Under the pieces are notes generated by a model. The model had not been told where the DNA came from, did not search any database, and saw only the letters and a list, made by a program, of their open reading frames with translations. Below, one piece after another: positions 37,041 to 45,940 of a stretch of DNA of 64,000 nucleotides; the first letter of the stretch is position 1; the number at the start of each line of letters is the position of its first letter. The stretch is from positions 7,412 to 71,411 of the forward strand of contig CAYOSQ010000001.1 in NCBI GenBank assembly GCA_964406665.1. The letters run 5' to 3'. A program made the position numbers and the translations under genes. This DNA is from an uncultured Planctomycetia bacterium. GTDB taxonomy: Bacteria; Omnitrophota; Gorgyraeia; VGKH01; JBHPFN01.

Positions 37041-38213
37041 ATGATAAATAAATTAAAAACCGTTGCTCAATTTTTACTTATTATTCTTCTGGTAGTTTTT
37101 GTCTGGCTACATATAAAACCTGGCCTTGCACCCTACTTCACTAACAAGGGTGAAGAATACATGCAAAAGGGTGAATTAAGCGAAGCGATAGATTTTCTCA
37201 AAATTGCAACGATGCTTGATTCTCAAAATGCACAAATACGGATAGACCTAGGAAAAGCGTATAAGAATAATAAACAACTTGTACCGGCTGTTGGCGAATT
37301 AAGAAAAGCAATCGATCTTAACCCCCTCGCCTCAGATGCATATCAGCTACTCGCCGCGGCTTACCTGCAGCAAAATAATTTCTCAGAGGCAATAGTAATT
37401 TTGAAGGAAGGCCTTACTATAAATCCAGATAACGTATCTGCCAAAAACCTGCTGGAAAAAAGCAAACAAGACTATATCAAAAATCAGCTTCTTGAAGCAT
37501 CTGATGCTTACGCCAATAAAGAAATTGAAAAGGCAGAAAAGCTTCTTTTGGGCGCATCAAAGTTAAAACCAAGTTATTTGTATAATGCATACATGGTAAA
37601 AAACTTGCCTCCTATAGAAAAATCCCAAAATGATATTGTTGATGCGTTAAAAGCGGTAATCAAGGCTAACTCAAAAGATAAAACGGCTTATAGATTACTT
37701 GCCGACCTTCATCTTGAGAATGCTGAATTCAAGCGAGCCATAGACTATTACAGAAAATATTTAACACTTGAAGAAAATGAATTAGCCATCCGCAACAATC
37801 TGGCTATATGCTTTAATCAACTGGGTAAATTAGATGAAGCAATAAATGAATATCGCATAGCGCTTTCTCTTGAACCAGACAATACAGATGTTATTTACGG
37901 CTTAGCATCCACCTATAAAGAAATGCAAATGCATGAAGAAGCTATTAACCTTTATAATCACCTGATTAAAATTAAGCCAGAGTTACCCTACCTATATACA
38001 GACTTAGGAAGCATCTATAAAGACCTTGGGTTTTATAAAAAAGCCGTAGAATATTTAAATACAGCAATAAGTGTCGCTAAACAAAATCTCATAAATGATA
38101 CATCGGATATGATAGCAAGATTAGTTCTTGCAGAAGCTAGGTGGCTAAATAAAAATATTGTAATTGAAGAAAACATTAACGAAGAAATAAACCAACAAAG
38201 GGGGGAAGAATGA
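37041..38213 (+). CDS. Tetratricopeptide repeat protein with N-terminal TM
   Basis: Multiple TPR consensus repeats (LG..Y...A...L..A..L.P). Confidence 0.85.
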   Translation: MINKLKTVAQFLLIILLVVFVWLHIKPGLAPYFTNKGEEYMQKGELSEAIDFLKIATMLDSQNAQIRIDLGKAYKNNKQLVPAVGELRKAIDLNPLASDAYQLLAAAYLQQNNFSEAIVILKEGLTINPDNVSAKNLLEKSKQDYIKNQLLEASDAYANKEIEKAEKLLLGASKLKPSYLYNAYMVKNLPPIEKSQNDIVDALKAVIKANSKDKTAYRLLADLHLENAEFKRAIDYYRKYLTLEENELAIRNNLAICFNQLGKLDEAINEYRIALSLEPDNTDVIYGLASTYKEMQMHEEAINLYNHLIKIKPELPYLYTDLGSIYKDLGFYKKAVEYLNTAISVAKQNLINDTSDMIARLVLAEARWLNKNIVIEENINEEINQQRGEE

Positions 38214-38563
38214 AGTTTGCAAAGAAAACCTGCATTGCCATACTTATCATCTTATGCTTGTTAAGCTTAACCTGTTCACCTGCATTCGCTCAGAGAGCGC
38301 TAAGAAAACTAGGAAGAGGAGTTACTAATGCCGCTTTGGGTTGGACTGAAATATTAACCTGCATAGAGCTTACCGGGAAAGAATCTGGACCAATGGCTGG
38401 AGCGTCTTACGGATTGTTAAAAGGACTGGTAAATTCTGCGTTGCGCACTGTTGTTGGACTATATGAAACAGTGACGTTTATTGCTCCTGCTCCGGAAGAA
38501 TATAAGGTAATTCTTGAGCCGGAATTTCCTATGCAAAAAGAAATGTTGAAGCTCGCTGATTAA
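38210..38563 (+). CDS. Exosortase-system-associated TIGR04073-like secreted protein
   Basis: Signal peptide; RKLGRG..N...GW.E and G...G......R...G.YE.VTF..P motifs. Confidence 0.75.
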   Translation: MKFAKKTCIAILIILCLLSLTCSPAFAQRALRKLGRGVTNAALGWTEILTCIELTGKESGPMAGASYGLLKGLVNSALRTVVGLYETVTFIAPAPEEYKVILEPEFPMQKEMLKLAD

Positions 38564-38598
38564 GATTAATTAAAAAGTATTTGTATGGTTGAAATAGC

Positions 38599-38634
38599 TG
38601 TGCCCGCCTAATTTCAGGCGGGCACAATTTTTTT
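38599..38634 (+). terminator. Intrinsic terminator
   Basis: TGTGCCCGCCT/AGGCGGGCACA 11-bp stem plus T-tract. Confidence 0.85.
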
Positions 38635-38648
38635 ACCTTAATTAATTC

Positions 38649-38735
38649 TGGTGCGCGGGAGAGGACTTGAACCTCCATGAGATTACTCCCACTACCCCCT
38701 CAAAGTAGCGCGTCTGCCAATTCCGCCACCCGCGC
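38649..38735 (-). tRNA. tRNA-Leu (anticodon GAG)
   Basis: GCGCGGGTGGCGGAATTGGCAGACGCG CTACT TT GAG GG GGTAG, long variable arm, GGTTCAAGTCC and CCA end. Confidence 0.95.
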
Positions 38736-38746
38736 ATTTATTCAAT

Positions 38747-38778
38747 AAAAAGGCGGCCCACACAACACGAGGGTCGCC
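38747..38778 (-). terminator. Probable intrinsic terminator
   Basis: GGCGACCC/GGGCCGCC stem plus TTTTT, downstream of the small lipoprotein gene. Confidence 0.55.
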
Positions 38779-38813
38779 AATGTGTGCTACAAAAACTTTA
38801 TATCTTCGTAATA

Positions 38814-39008
38814 TTATCTGCTATACGGATTTTCTTCATCAGTTTCACCGCCGTGATACACCTCAGCTCCACCCTCAGAAAGACCACCTACTGTTTCCAT
38901 TGTCTTTCCTGCAACCTTACCGGTCTCTTTCGCAGCGCCATGGACTGTTTCACAACCTAAAACTGAAGCAGCAAATAATAAAATATATAATCCCAAAAAT
39001 AGTCTCAT
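38814..39008 (-). CDS. Small lipoprotein (entericidin-like)
   Basis: VLGC|ETVHG lipobox, 64 aa, GGAG RBS. Confidence 0.7.
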   Translation of the reverse strand: MRLFLGLYILLFAASVLGCETVHGAAKETGKVAGKTMETVGGLSEGGAEVYHGGETDEENPYSR

Positions 39009-39017
39009 ATATTCTCC

Positions 39018-39923
39018 CTATTCTGTTATTAAATCACCCTTCATAATTTCCATAGCACATGTTGGGGATAATTCAGCCTTAGAAAATTTATCTTGGACTT
39101 CTGTTATTTTAATATCTCCTATTTTTGCACTTTCTTTACCTAGTTCCATTCCGGTTTCAGGATCAATTAATGCTTCTCCTTCACGATAAACATCAAAAGT
39201 CTGTCCAGATTTTACACCAGCATTTTCCCCGGAGTTTACGTAAACTTTTCCTTCTTTTACTAACATTACTCTTCCTCGCCAAGGAATATCTTCCATTTGT
39301 TTAGTTGTATAAACAACGGCTCTGTCGATCGCCATCTGGACTGCTTTCCCTAAAGGAGTTTTCTCAAAACTTGATGTGCCAATACTAAAATTACCGCTGT
39401 ATCCGATTGAAAAACCTCCGGCCTTAGCTTCTCCTTCTACTCTTTTAGAATGAAGTATTTCACCGGTAGTAGAATCAATCAGCTGAATAATAACTGCAAC
39501 GTGGGCTGTTGATTTTTTGCCACCTATAGTAACTCCGCTTATAGAAAATCCCTGCTCTCCTCCGGAGGTATTTTCCTGAAATTCGGTAATCTGACCTTTT
39601 ATCAAAATCTGGGCAGGAACAATTTTTCCGGTCTTCGCAGATTTTGCTTTTGCAAAACGTCCGCTTGCAGCTAAATCTTGCTCAGCCATAACCACATCTA
39701 GGTCTTTTCTGGTTAAAACAATAAACTTACCGCTTGTAATCAACGCATCAGAAAGCTGTGTTGAAAAATCTTGACCTAAATTACCTATACTTGTATAGCC
39801 AGAATCATTTTTGAAATCAAAAACTGCAACTGTTTTCTTAAGTGCGCTTGCACAATATGCCTCGCCTACAAAAGCGACGTTGGCAACCATGCTTAAAATC
39901 AGCATAAAAATAAAATAGCGCAT
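39018..39923 (-). CDS. CsgG/HfaB family protein with FlgT-C-like C-terminal domain
   Basis: AVFDF.N, L..SG.F.V..R..LD....EQ, LIKG.IT.F and ID..TGEI motifs. C-terminal VY.N.G...GV..G..F.VYR.G..L.DP.TG..LG. Confidence 0.85.
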   Translation of the reverse strand: MRYFIFMLILSMVANVAFVGEAYCASALKKTVAVFDFKNDSGYTSIGNLGQDFSTQLSDALITSGKFIVLTRKDLDVVMAEQDLAASGRFAKAKSAKTGKIVPAQILIKGQITEFQENTSGGEQGFSISGVTIGGKKSTAHVAVIIQLIDSTTGEILHSKRVEGEAKAGGFSIGYSGNFSIGTSSFEKTPLGKAVQMAIDRAVVYTTKQMEDIPWRGRVMLVKEGKVYVNSGENAGVKSGQTFDVYREGEALIDPETGMELGKESAKIGDIKITEVQDKFSKAELSPTCAMEIMKGDLITE

Positions 39924-39945
39924 GTAACCTCCTTTTAGTTAAAAG

Positions 39946-40563
39946 TTAATAACAAATATGCTCCGCTAAATTATCGAGATTAACGCCCTCGGTTAATACA
40001 TCGATTTTTTCTCTATTAAGATTATAAACACTGTAATTAATTTTTCCCTGCGCATCTTGTTGAATTATAACATAATTACTGTTGTTATTAGGACATGTAA
40101 AAACACTAAAATCCACACCGCTATCAACTATAAACTCTTCGTTGCTTACTAAATTCATCCCATAAACAACGCTGGCCCCGGCAGGAGATAGCCCGGTATA
40201 AAAAACAAAATCTTCTCCCGATGAAAACAATATCCCTTGCTGCGCTTCATCATTAGTCGTATATTCAACAAATATGGTTTTTTCACTATTGTTTTTATCA
40301 ACTATCCATATTTTCTGTTTGTATCTTGGTTCGGCTTTACGTCTAAATACGTCAAGGGCTTCTTCTACTGAGGAAGATTCTGTTTTGACATCCCATTTAT
40401 CTAGATCGTAAGAAGAATATTTTGCTTGCGGAATATTTACAGCTTGTTGGGTTTTAGATTGTTCTGCAGAAATTTTAGCGCCAACAGGACAAGCAGCATC
40501 CTGTTCAGCAAACACAAAACTAGCAAACGTTAAGCATAAAATAAAGGTCAAGAATACCTTCAT
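39946..40563 (-). CDS. Secreted hypothetical protein
   Basis: True start is probably MKVFLTF at 40563 (AAGGAG RBS, signal peptide VFA-EQ); the upstream extension lies in a repeat. Confidence 0.65.
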   Translation of the reverse strand: MKVFLTFILCLTFASFVFAEQDAACPVGAKISAEQSKTQQAVNIPQAKYSSYDLDKWDVKTESSSVEEALDVFRRKAEPRYKQKIWIVDKNNSEKTIFVEYTTNDEAQQGILFSSGEDFVFYTGLSPAGASVVYGMNLVSNEEFIVDSGVDFSVFTCPNNNSNYVIIQQDAQGKINYSVYNLNREKIDVLTEGVNLDNLAEHICY

Positions 40564-40596
40564 ATCATCTCCTTTTATAAAGGTTTTTGGTAAATG

Positions 40597-40664
40597 TTGC
40601 CCTGCCCGCAAAAAATAGGGGCTGTGCAAATTTCCGCTGAATAAAAATTTAGGAAAATTTGCCC
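40597..40664. repeat. Inverted copy of tRNA-Gln-associated hairpin repeat
   Basis: 40614-40664 is the exact reverse complement of 41686-41736 (51 bp). Confidence 0.9.
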
Positions 40665-40853
40665 TGAATTAAGCGTTAGCTAAGCTGTAATCGTGTTAAT
40701 TAAATTAACATACTTATAATTGTTTTTCAAGCTTTTTCTATAGTAGAGAAATGGTCGCTGAGCTTATGATTTTATCTATTGAATATGTTATACTTTAGTG
40801 GTAGCATAGATACGAAAATTCAATAAAGAATTCAATAAAACAGGGAGAGCAAT

Positions 40854-41267
40854 ATGAAAATTCTTATAACAACATTAATCGCTTTAGGATTATGTTTTAG
40901 TGCATTTGCTGCTGACTATTCCACATTAAACGATACAAGTATGGCTGTATTATTAAAAGTAGTGCCTAGATTAAGGGCCTTGAGTCGTGATTTCGCAGAA
41001 AGTAAAGGCTTGCTAGCTGCCAACGTTCCCGCACAACTACAAACCGAAGCCTTGCAAGGATTACTTAAGCCCTACGGTATGACTGAAGAAGAGTTTTCCC
41101 AACTTATGCAAAAACTAGCCATAGGATTTACAAAGATCAAGGCTAAAGAAAAAGATGCTCCTATAAAATCTTACGGCTTCGAACAACTAGAAGGACCCTC
41201 GATTCAAGAGATGGGCGTTATCAGACGCAATCTGCCCAAACTAGAAAAAATTCTAGCAACTCAGTAA
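40854..41267 (+). CDS. Secreted hypothetical protein
   Basis: GGGAG RBS; signal peptide AFA-AD. Confidence 0.7.
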   Translation: MKILITTLIALGLCFSAFAADYSTLNDTSMAVLLKVVPRLRALSRDFAESKGLLAANVPAQLQTEALQGLLKPYGMTEEEFSQLMQKLAIGFTKIKAKEKDAPIKSYGFEQLEGPSIQEMGVIRRNLPKLEKILATQ

Positions 41268-41323
41268 TATCTATCTCCTACCAAATAAAAAAGAAGGGAT
41301 TACCCTTCCTAAATATATAAATC

Positions 41324-41398
41324 TGGCTGCCCCGCCTGGACTCGAACCAGAACTAATTGATCCAGAATCAATCGTGCTACCAATTACACCACGGGGCA
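41324..41398 (-). tRNA. tRNA-Gln (anticodon CTG)
   Basis: TGCCCCGTGGTGTAATTGGTAGCACG ATTGA TT CTG GA TCAAT...GGTTCGAGTCC..CGGGGCAGCCA. Confidence 0.95.
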
Positions 41399-41747
41399 AA
41401 TTTTCCTAAATTTTCTCCTAGCGGAAATTTGCACAGCCCCTATTTTGTGGGCGGGGCAAATAAACAAAAAATCTTTTATATAGCGTAATTTTGCCCAGTC
41501 CTTGTTTCCGATACGCTCCGTTTCAGAAAAACAAGGGCGGGGCAAATTTTCCTAAATTTTCTCCTAGCGGAAATTTGCACAGCCCCTATTTTGTGGGCGG
41601 GGCAAATAAACAAAAAATCTTTTATATAGCGTAATTTTGCCCAGTCCTTGTTTCCGATACGCTCCGTTTCAGAAAAACAAGGGCGGGGCAAATTTTCCTA
41701 AATTTTTATTCAGCGGAAATTTGCACAGCCCCTATTCGTGAACAGGC
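41392..41747. repeat. 146-bp tandem hairpin-rich repeat (2 identical copies + divergent partial third)
   Basis: Units start with cggggcaaattttcctaaa at 41392, 41538 and 41684. Confidence 0.92.
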
Positions 41748-41771
41748 AAAACTTCCTTGATTTTTTAAAAC

Positions 41772-41972
41772 CTACCAAAGGTTTTCTTTTATCCAATCGT
41801 CAGTCTTTTTGATACCTTGAAAAACACAACCGGCACCATTGGCAACGCCTTTAGCATCCTCTTTCAATCCTGTGGCGGCACCTTGAACTATACCTTTAGC
41901 GGTAGAGCATCCTGCGCAAAAAACAAACGCTGCCAAGAACAACATTATAATCGAAGTTTTTTTTGAATGCAA
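41772..41972 (-). CDS. Small lipoprotein (entericidin-like)
   Basis: CAGC|STAKG lipobox; C-terminal D.WIKENLW. Confidence 0.7.
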   Translation of the reverse strand: MHSKKTSIIMLFLAAFVFCAGCSTAKGIVQGAATGLKEDAKGVANGAGCVFQGIKKTDDWIKENLW

Positions 41973-41974
41973 GT

Positions 41975-43267
41975 CTACTCCTTTCTTTTTAAGCCTTCAT
42001 AAACTTGAACAAGCCGTTGCTTAGTTTTTTCACAACCCAATATTTCAATTGTCTCGAATAATCCCGGGCCGATGAGCTTTCCGGTTAAAGCCGCCCTTAC
42101 TGGATGCACCAATTCCGAAGCGCTCATATCTAACTCCTGCACCAGAGCCCTAAACTCTTCCTCAATAGAATGCGCATCAAAACTTTCCAAAGATCCTACT
42201 TTTTCAGCCAGTAAAGAAAACTCCTTCGATAAATTCTTAGATTGTAATTTTTCACGTGCTTGCTCATTAAAAACGGGCTTATCTAAAAACAAAAAGTCTG
42301 TCCAATCCAAAAAATCTCCTAAATTGTTAATCCTGCCTTGATACAGCTTAACAACTTTATTCAACCAATCCCGATCAAAGTCTTCTTGTAGATACTTCCT
42401 GTTTTTAAGAAACGGGGTGATTAAATCCGTTAATTTACCAACTTCCAGCTTCTTGATATACTCACTATTAACCCAGTTAAGTTTATCTAGAGAAAATGTT
42501 GCGGCAGTCTTATTAACTTTTTTTATAGAGAAGTTTTTAACGGCCTTATCCAAAGATACGATCTCCTGATTGCCTCCCGGAGACCAGCCTAAAAGCATGA
42601 AATAATTCCTCAAAGCGTCCGGCAAATATCCCATCGCCTTGTATTCACTTATTGCTGTAGCACCTGTTCTCTTAGAAAGCCTACCTCCATCATTACCTAA
42701 AATAAGCGGCAAGTGAGCAAACTTAGGAACCTTATACCCTAAAGCATCATAAAGCAAAACCTGTTTGGGCGTATTAGAGATATGATCATCCCCGCGGATT
42801 ACATGGGTAATGCCCATCTCGGCATCATCTACTGTGCAGGCAAAATTATATGTAGGAGTCCCGTCGGATTTAATAAGTACCTGGTCTTTGATTTCTGAAG
42901 CATCAAACTCTATTTCTCCACGGATAACATCATAAACCTTGATTTCTTTATCGGGTACAGGGTATATAATTGCACCTTCGCTGTGAACCGCTTTGCCTTC
43001 TTCCAACAATTTATCTACGTGTTGCTTGTAAACATCGGGCCTTTTGCTTTGATAATGAATCTCGTCCCAGTTTAATCCTAGCCACTTAAGACTATCTAAA
43101 ATCTCATCCAGATATTTTTTCTCTGACCTGTTTACATCAGTATCTTCAATGCGCAGGACAAACTGTCCTTTATTAGCCCTAGCATAAAGCCAGTTAAACA
43201 ACGCTGTTCTGGCACCACCGATATGAAGATATCCCGTCGGAGACGGAGCAAAGCGAACCCTGGTCAT
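41975..43267 (-). CDS. gltX: Glutamate--tRNA ligase
   Basis: RFAPSPTG, HIGG, LRIEDTD, THVIRGDDH.SNT and RLSKR motifs. Confidence 0.95.
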   Translation of the reverse strand: MTRVRFAPSPTGYLHIGGARTALFNWLYARANKGQFVLRIEDTDVNRSEKKYLDEILDSLKWLGLNWDEIHYQSKRPDVYKQHVDKLLEEGKAVHSEGAIIYPVPDKEIKVYDVIRGEIEFDASEIKDQVLIKSDGTPTYNFACTVDDAEMGITHVIRGDDHISNTPKQVLLYDALGYKVPKFAHLPLILGNDGGRLSKRTGATAISEYKAMGYLPDALRNYFMLLGWSPGGNQEIVSLDKAVKNFSIKKVNKTAATFSLDKLNWVNSEYIKKLEVGKLTDLITPFLKNRKYLQEDFDRDWLNKVVKLYQGRINNLGDFLDWTDFLFLDKPVFNEQAREKLQSKNLSKEFSLLAEKVGSLESFDAHSIEEEFRALVQELDMSASELVHPVRAALTGKLIGPGLFETIEILGCEKTKQRLVQVYEGLKRKE

Positions 43268-43268
43268 T

Positions 43269-43820
43269 CTATGCTTTAACCTTTCCGCTACCTATAGCAA
43301 AACCTTGCTCAAGTGCTTTTTTATTAATTGCTAGAAGATTTATTTTTTTAGGCGGGGCGATTTTCCTCATGGCTTGAATAACGCTTTTTAAACGTACAAT
43401 TCTTTTCTGAGCTAGATATACGCCTAAAGCAACGGTGTTTGCTACCTTTATGTTACCTAACTTAACCGCAACATCCGTAAGCGGTACGGATAATATCTTT
43501 AAATCTTTTTTCTTAGGAATTTTTCTAACCAAAGAACTATTGATTATCAGCAATCCTTTTTTCTTAATACGGGAAATAAACCTATCCAGGGACGGTTGAT
43601 TCATCGCACAACATGTATCAGCTTCTGTAATATGGGGAGATGCGATTTCTCGCTCAGCAATTTTAACCATACAATATGCCGTGCCGCCTCTGACCTCAGC
43701 ACCATAAGCAGGCAGCCAAGTTACAACCTTATTTTCTTCTAAAGCGGCATGGGCTAAAATCTTACCCATCAACATAATTCCCTGTCCGCCAAAACCTGCA
43801 AAAATTATCTTTTCTTTCAT
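43269..43820 (-). CDS. 2-oxoacid:ferredoxin oxidoreductase gamma subunit
   Basis: AGFGGQG and WLPAYGAEVRGGTA motifs. Confidence 0.92.
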   Translation of the reverse strand: MKEKIIFAGFGGQGIMLMGKILAHAALEENKVVTWLPAYGAEVRGGTAYCMVKIAEREIASPHITEADTCCAMNQPSLDRFISRIKKKGLLIINSSLVRKIPKKKDLKILSVPLTDVAVKLGNIKVANTVALGVYLAQKRIVRLKSVIQAMRKIAPPKKINLLAINKKALEQGFAIGSGKVKA

Positions 43821-43827
43821 AATAAAT

Positions 43828-45186
43828 CTATAAACCTAAATCTTTCTTACCTCTAATTTGAGCCTTTAATTCTTCGATCTCTCTTTGTTGATGCTGAACA
43901 ACCTTTGTAAGCACTGCAACGATATCCATCGGGCTTAAAGACTCTCCATCTGGCTCAGCAACTAATTCAGGGACGTCTTCAGCAACAAATCCAACATATT
44001 CTTGGCCGTCAAGTTTATTTCTATAACTAACAGGTTCAAGATCTATCACTGTTTTCAAGGCATCATCTAACAAAAGAGGATTTATATTCTCTTTGTTTTT
44101 CCTGCTAGAAGAATTTGTCCACGCCCCTCCCATGGTTAAATGCGCACCTGATGGATGATTAATAGCGTCTGAAGGATTGATCTCTCCTCCTATTCCAATC
44201 GCGCCATCATTAGCAAGTGCGAGTAAATTCACTTCTCCTCCTGCTCCATCATCCCAGGCAAATATTGTCTTACCGGTATTGGCTCCTGTATGCATAACCC
44301 AAAAATTGCTATCATTTCCTCCGTCATACCACATATCTCTTCTGGCAGTACCAAAACCCACGCTTCCAACAGAGGCAGCATCACTTGCTATTTCCAGCTG
44401 AGTCGAAGGAGTTGTTGTATTAATTCCAACGTGGCCACCATTAGCTGCGGTTAAAATAGTTAGATGCTCATCAGCAGATGCTGCATTAGGCAAAAGAGGG
44501 TCAAAATTAGTAGCAGCAGAGGTTTTATTTCCTATACCTAAACGATTACCGTAGCTCGGGCCGTAAGCATTAATGAGCCAGTGGCGGTTTATTCCTACAT
44601 CAACCCCGCTAAGAATAATATGCGACATATGAGAAGTACTATATTTACCTACTACATGTAATGCAGCAGAATCGCTTGATTCCAAAACAAAAGAAGGCCC
44701 ATAAAAATAATGTTTACTACCAGCACCGTCTTCTCCTATATGAAGCTTAACATTAGTATTGTATCCTCCAGCAGAATTTAATCCTGGGTTAGTTATATCT
44801 CCTAATCCGATTAAGTACGCTGGGTCGGCTGGAAGCAGAAAATCAGGAACCCCAGCTAAGGAGCTGTTGTCAACATGTGTCCAATATCCTCCACTGCGCT
44901 GCCAACCCCAGACACCGGCTAAATTTTTGCTGCAATAAAAAAATCCCTCTTGCGCTAACCCACCAGGCCCACCATTGTCATAATGCAAAACACCCTGCTG
45001 CGCAGGGTCCACCCCATCACAAGCCGGAGGCGTATCATTAGGCCACAGCAGCAAGGCTTTATACGCGCCATAGGGTGCCGGATAATAAGTTGTCATCTTT
45101 AACTCTTCGGTTGTTTGAGCATAGGCGTAAATACTAGCTAGTGCAATTAAACTAATAACAATCAAAGTAATTATTGTTTTTTTCAT
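43828..45186 (-). CDS. Secreted fibre protein, TTYYP-motif N-terminus + C-terminal S74 intramolecular chaperone
   Basis: Signal peptide; TTYYPAPYGAYK; GHVGINTTTP fibre repeats; SSR..KENI, GFVAEDVPELV and a terminal coiled coil. Confidence 0.8.
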   Translation of the reverse strand: MKKTIITLIVISLIALASIYAYAQTTEELKMTTYYPAPYGAYKALLLWPNDTPPACDGVDPAQQGVLHYDNGGPGGLAQEGFFYCSKNLAGVWGWQRSGGYWTHVDNSSLAGVPDFLLPADPAYLIGLGDITNPGLNSAGGYNTNVKLHIGEDGAGSKHYFYGPSFVLESSDSAALHVVGKYSTSHMSHIILSGVDVGINRHWLINAYGPSYGNRLGIGNKTSAATNFDPLLPNAASADEHLTILTAANGGHVGINTTTPSTQLEIASDAASVGSVGFGTARRDMWYDGGNDSNFWVMHTGANTGKTIFAWDDGAGGEVNLLALANDGAIGIGGEINPSDAINHPSGAHLTMGGAWTNSSSRKNKENINPLLLDDALKTVIDLEPVSYRNKLDGQEYVGFVAEDVPELVAEPDGESLSPMDIVAVLTKVVQHQQREIEELKAQIRGKKDLGL

Positions 45187-45199
45187 ATTGCACCTCCTA

Positions 45200-45940
45200 T
45201 TATTTTAATCTACCTAAGGGAAATTGTTTAGTCATTGTATTTTCTATCCAATCCATAGCCTGCTTAGGCTTTACACCCCAATAAGTAGGACAAGGAGATA
45301 AAACCTCGACGAGAGAAAATCCAATTCCTTTTATTTGATTTTCAAATGCTTGTTTAATAGCTTTTTTAGTTTTAAGAATTTGCTGTGGAGAACTAGCTGC
45401 TGTCCTTTCAACATAAGTAACTGCCGGCAAAGAAGCGATGATTTCTGATATTTTTAAAGGAGACCCTGCGTCCTTTAGATCTCTACCCTTTGGAGTAGTT
45501 GCTGTAACCTGTCCGACTAAAGTTGTAGGAGCCATCTGGCCTCCGGTCATCCCGTATACTGCATTATTAATAAAAATGCAGGTTAAATTTTCTCCTCGAT
45601 TTGCAGCATGAATAGTTTCTGCAGTACCTATAGCAGCTAAATCACCATCTCCCTGATAAGTGAATACGAATTTATCCGGAGAGCATCTTTTAATACCTGT
45701 AGCCACAGCCAAGGCCCTACCGTGAGCAGCCTCGGAGCAATCAAAATCCCAATAATCATAAGCAATCACTGCGCAGCCCACAGGACAAACAGCTATAGTT
45801 TTATCGCGAATTTTTAATTCGTCAATAATTTCACTGACAAGCCTATGAACTATTCCATGTCCACAACCAGAACAATAATGCGTAGGATTGTCTCTTAAAC
45901 TTTTTGGCCTAGACAACACTTTGGTATATTTTTTCTTCAT
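45200..45940 (-). CDS. 2-oxoacid:ferredoxin oxidoreductase beta subunit (TPP-binding)
   Basis: HYCSGCGHG, HGRA, YQGDGDLAAIG and NN..YGMTGGQ.APT motifs. Start adjusted to MKKKY. Confidence 0.92.
   Translation of the reverse strand: MKKKYTKVLSRPKSLRDNPTHYCSGCGHGIVHRLVSEIIDELKIRDKTIAVCPVGCAVIAYDYWDFDCSEAAHGRALAVATGIKRCSPDKFVFTYQGDGDLAAIGTAETIHAANRGENLTCIFINNAVYGMTGGQMAPTTLVGQVTATTPKGRDLKDAGSPLKISEIIASLPAVTYVERTAASSPQQILKTKKAIKQAFENQIKGIGFSLVEVLSPCPTYWGVKPKQAMDWIENTMTKQFPLGRLK

Noticed and set aside
41476-41691. 71-aa ORF
   Set aside because: It lies entirely within the non-coding tandem hairpin repeat.
41392-41747. CRISPR array
   Set aside because: The 146-bp units are fully duplicated with no unique spacers, and there are no cas genes.
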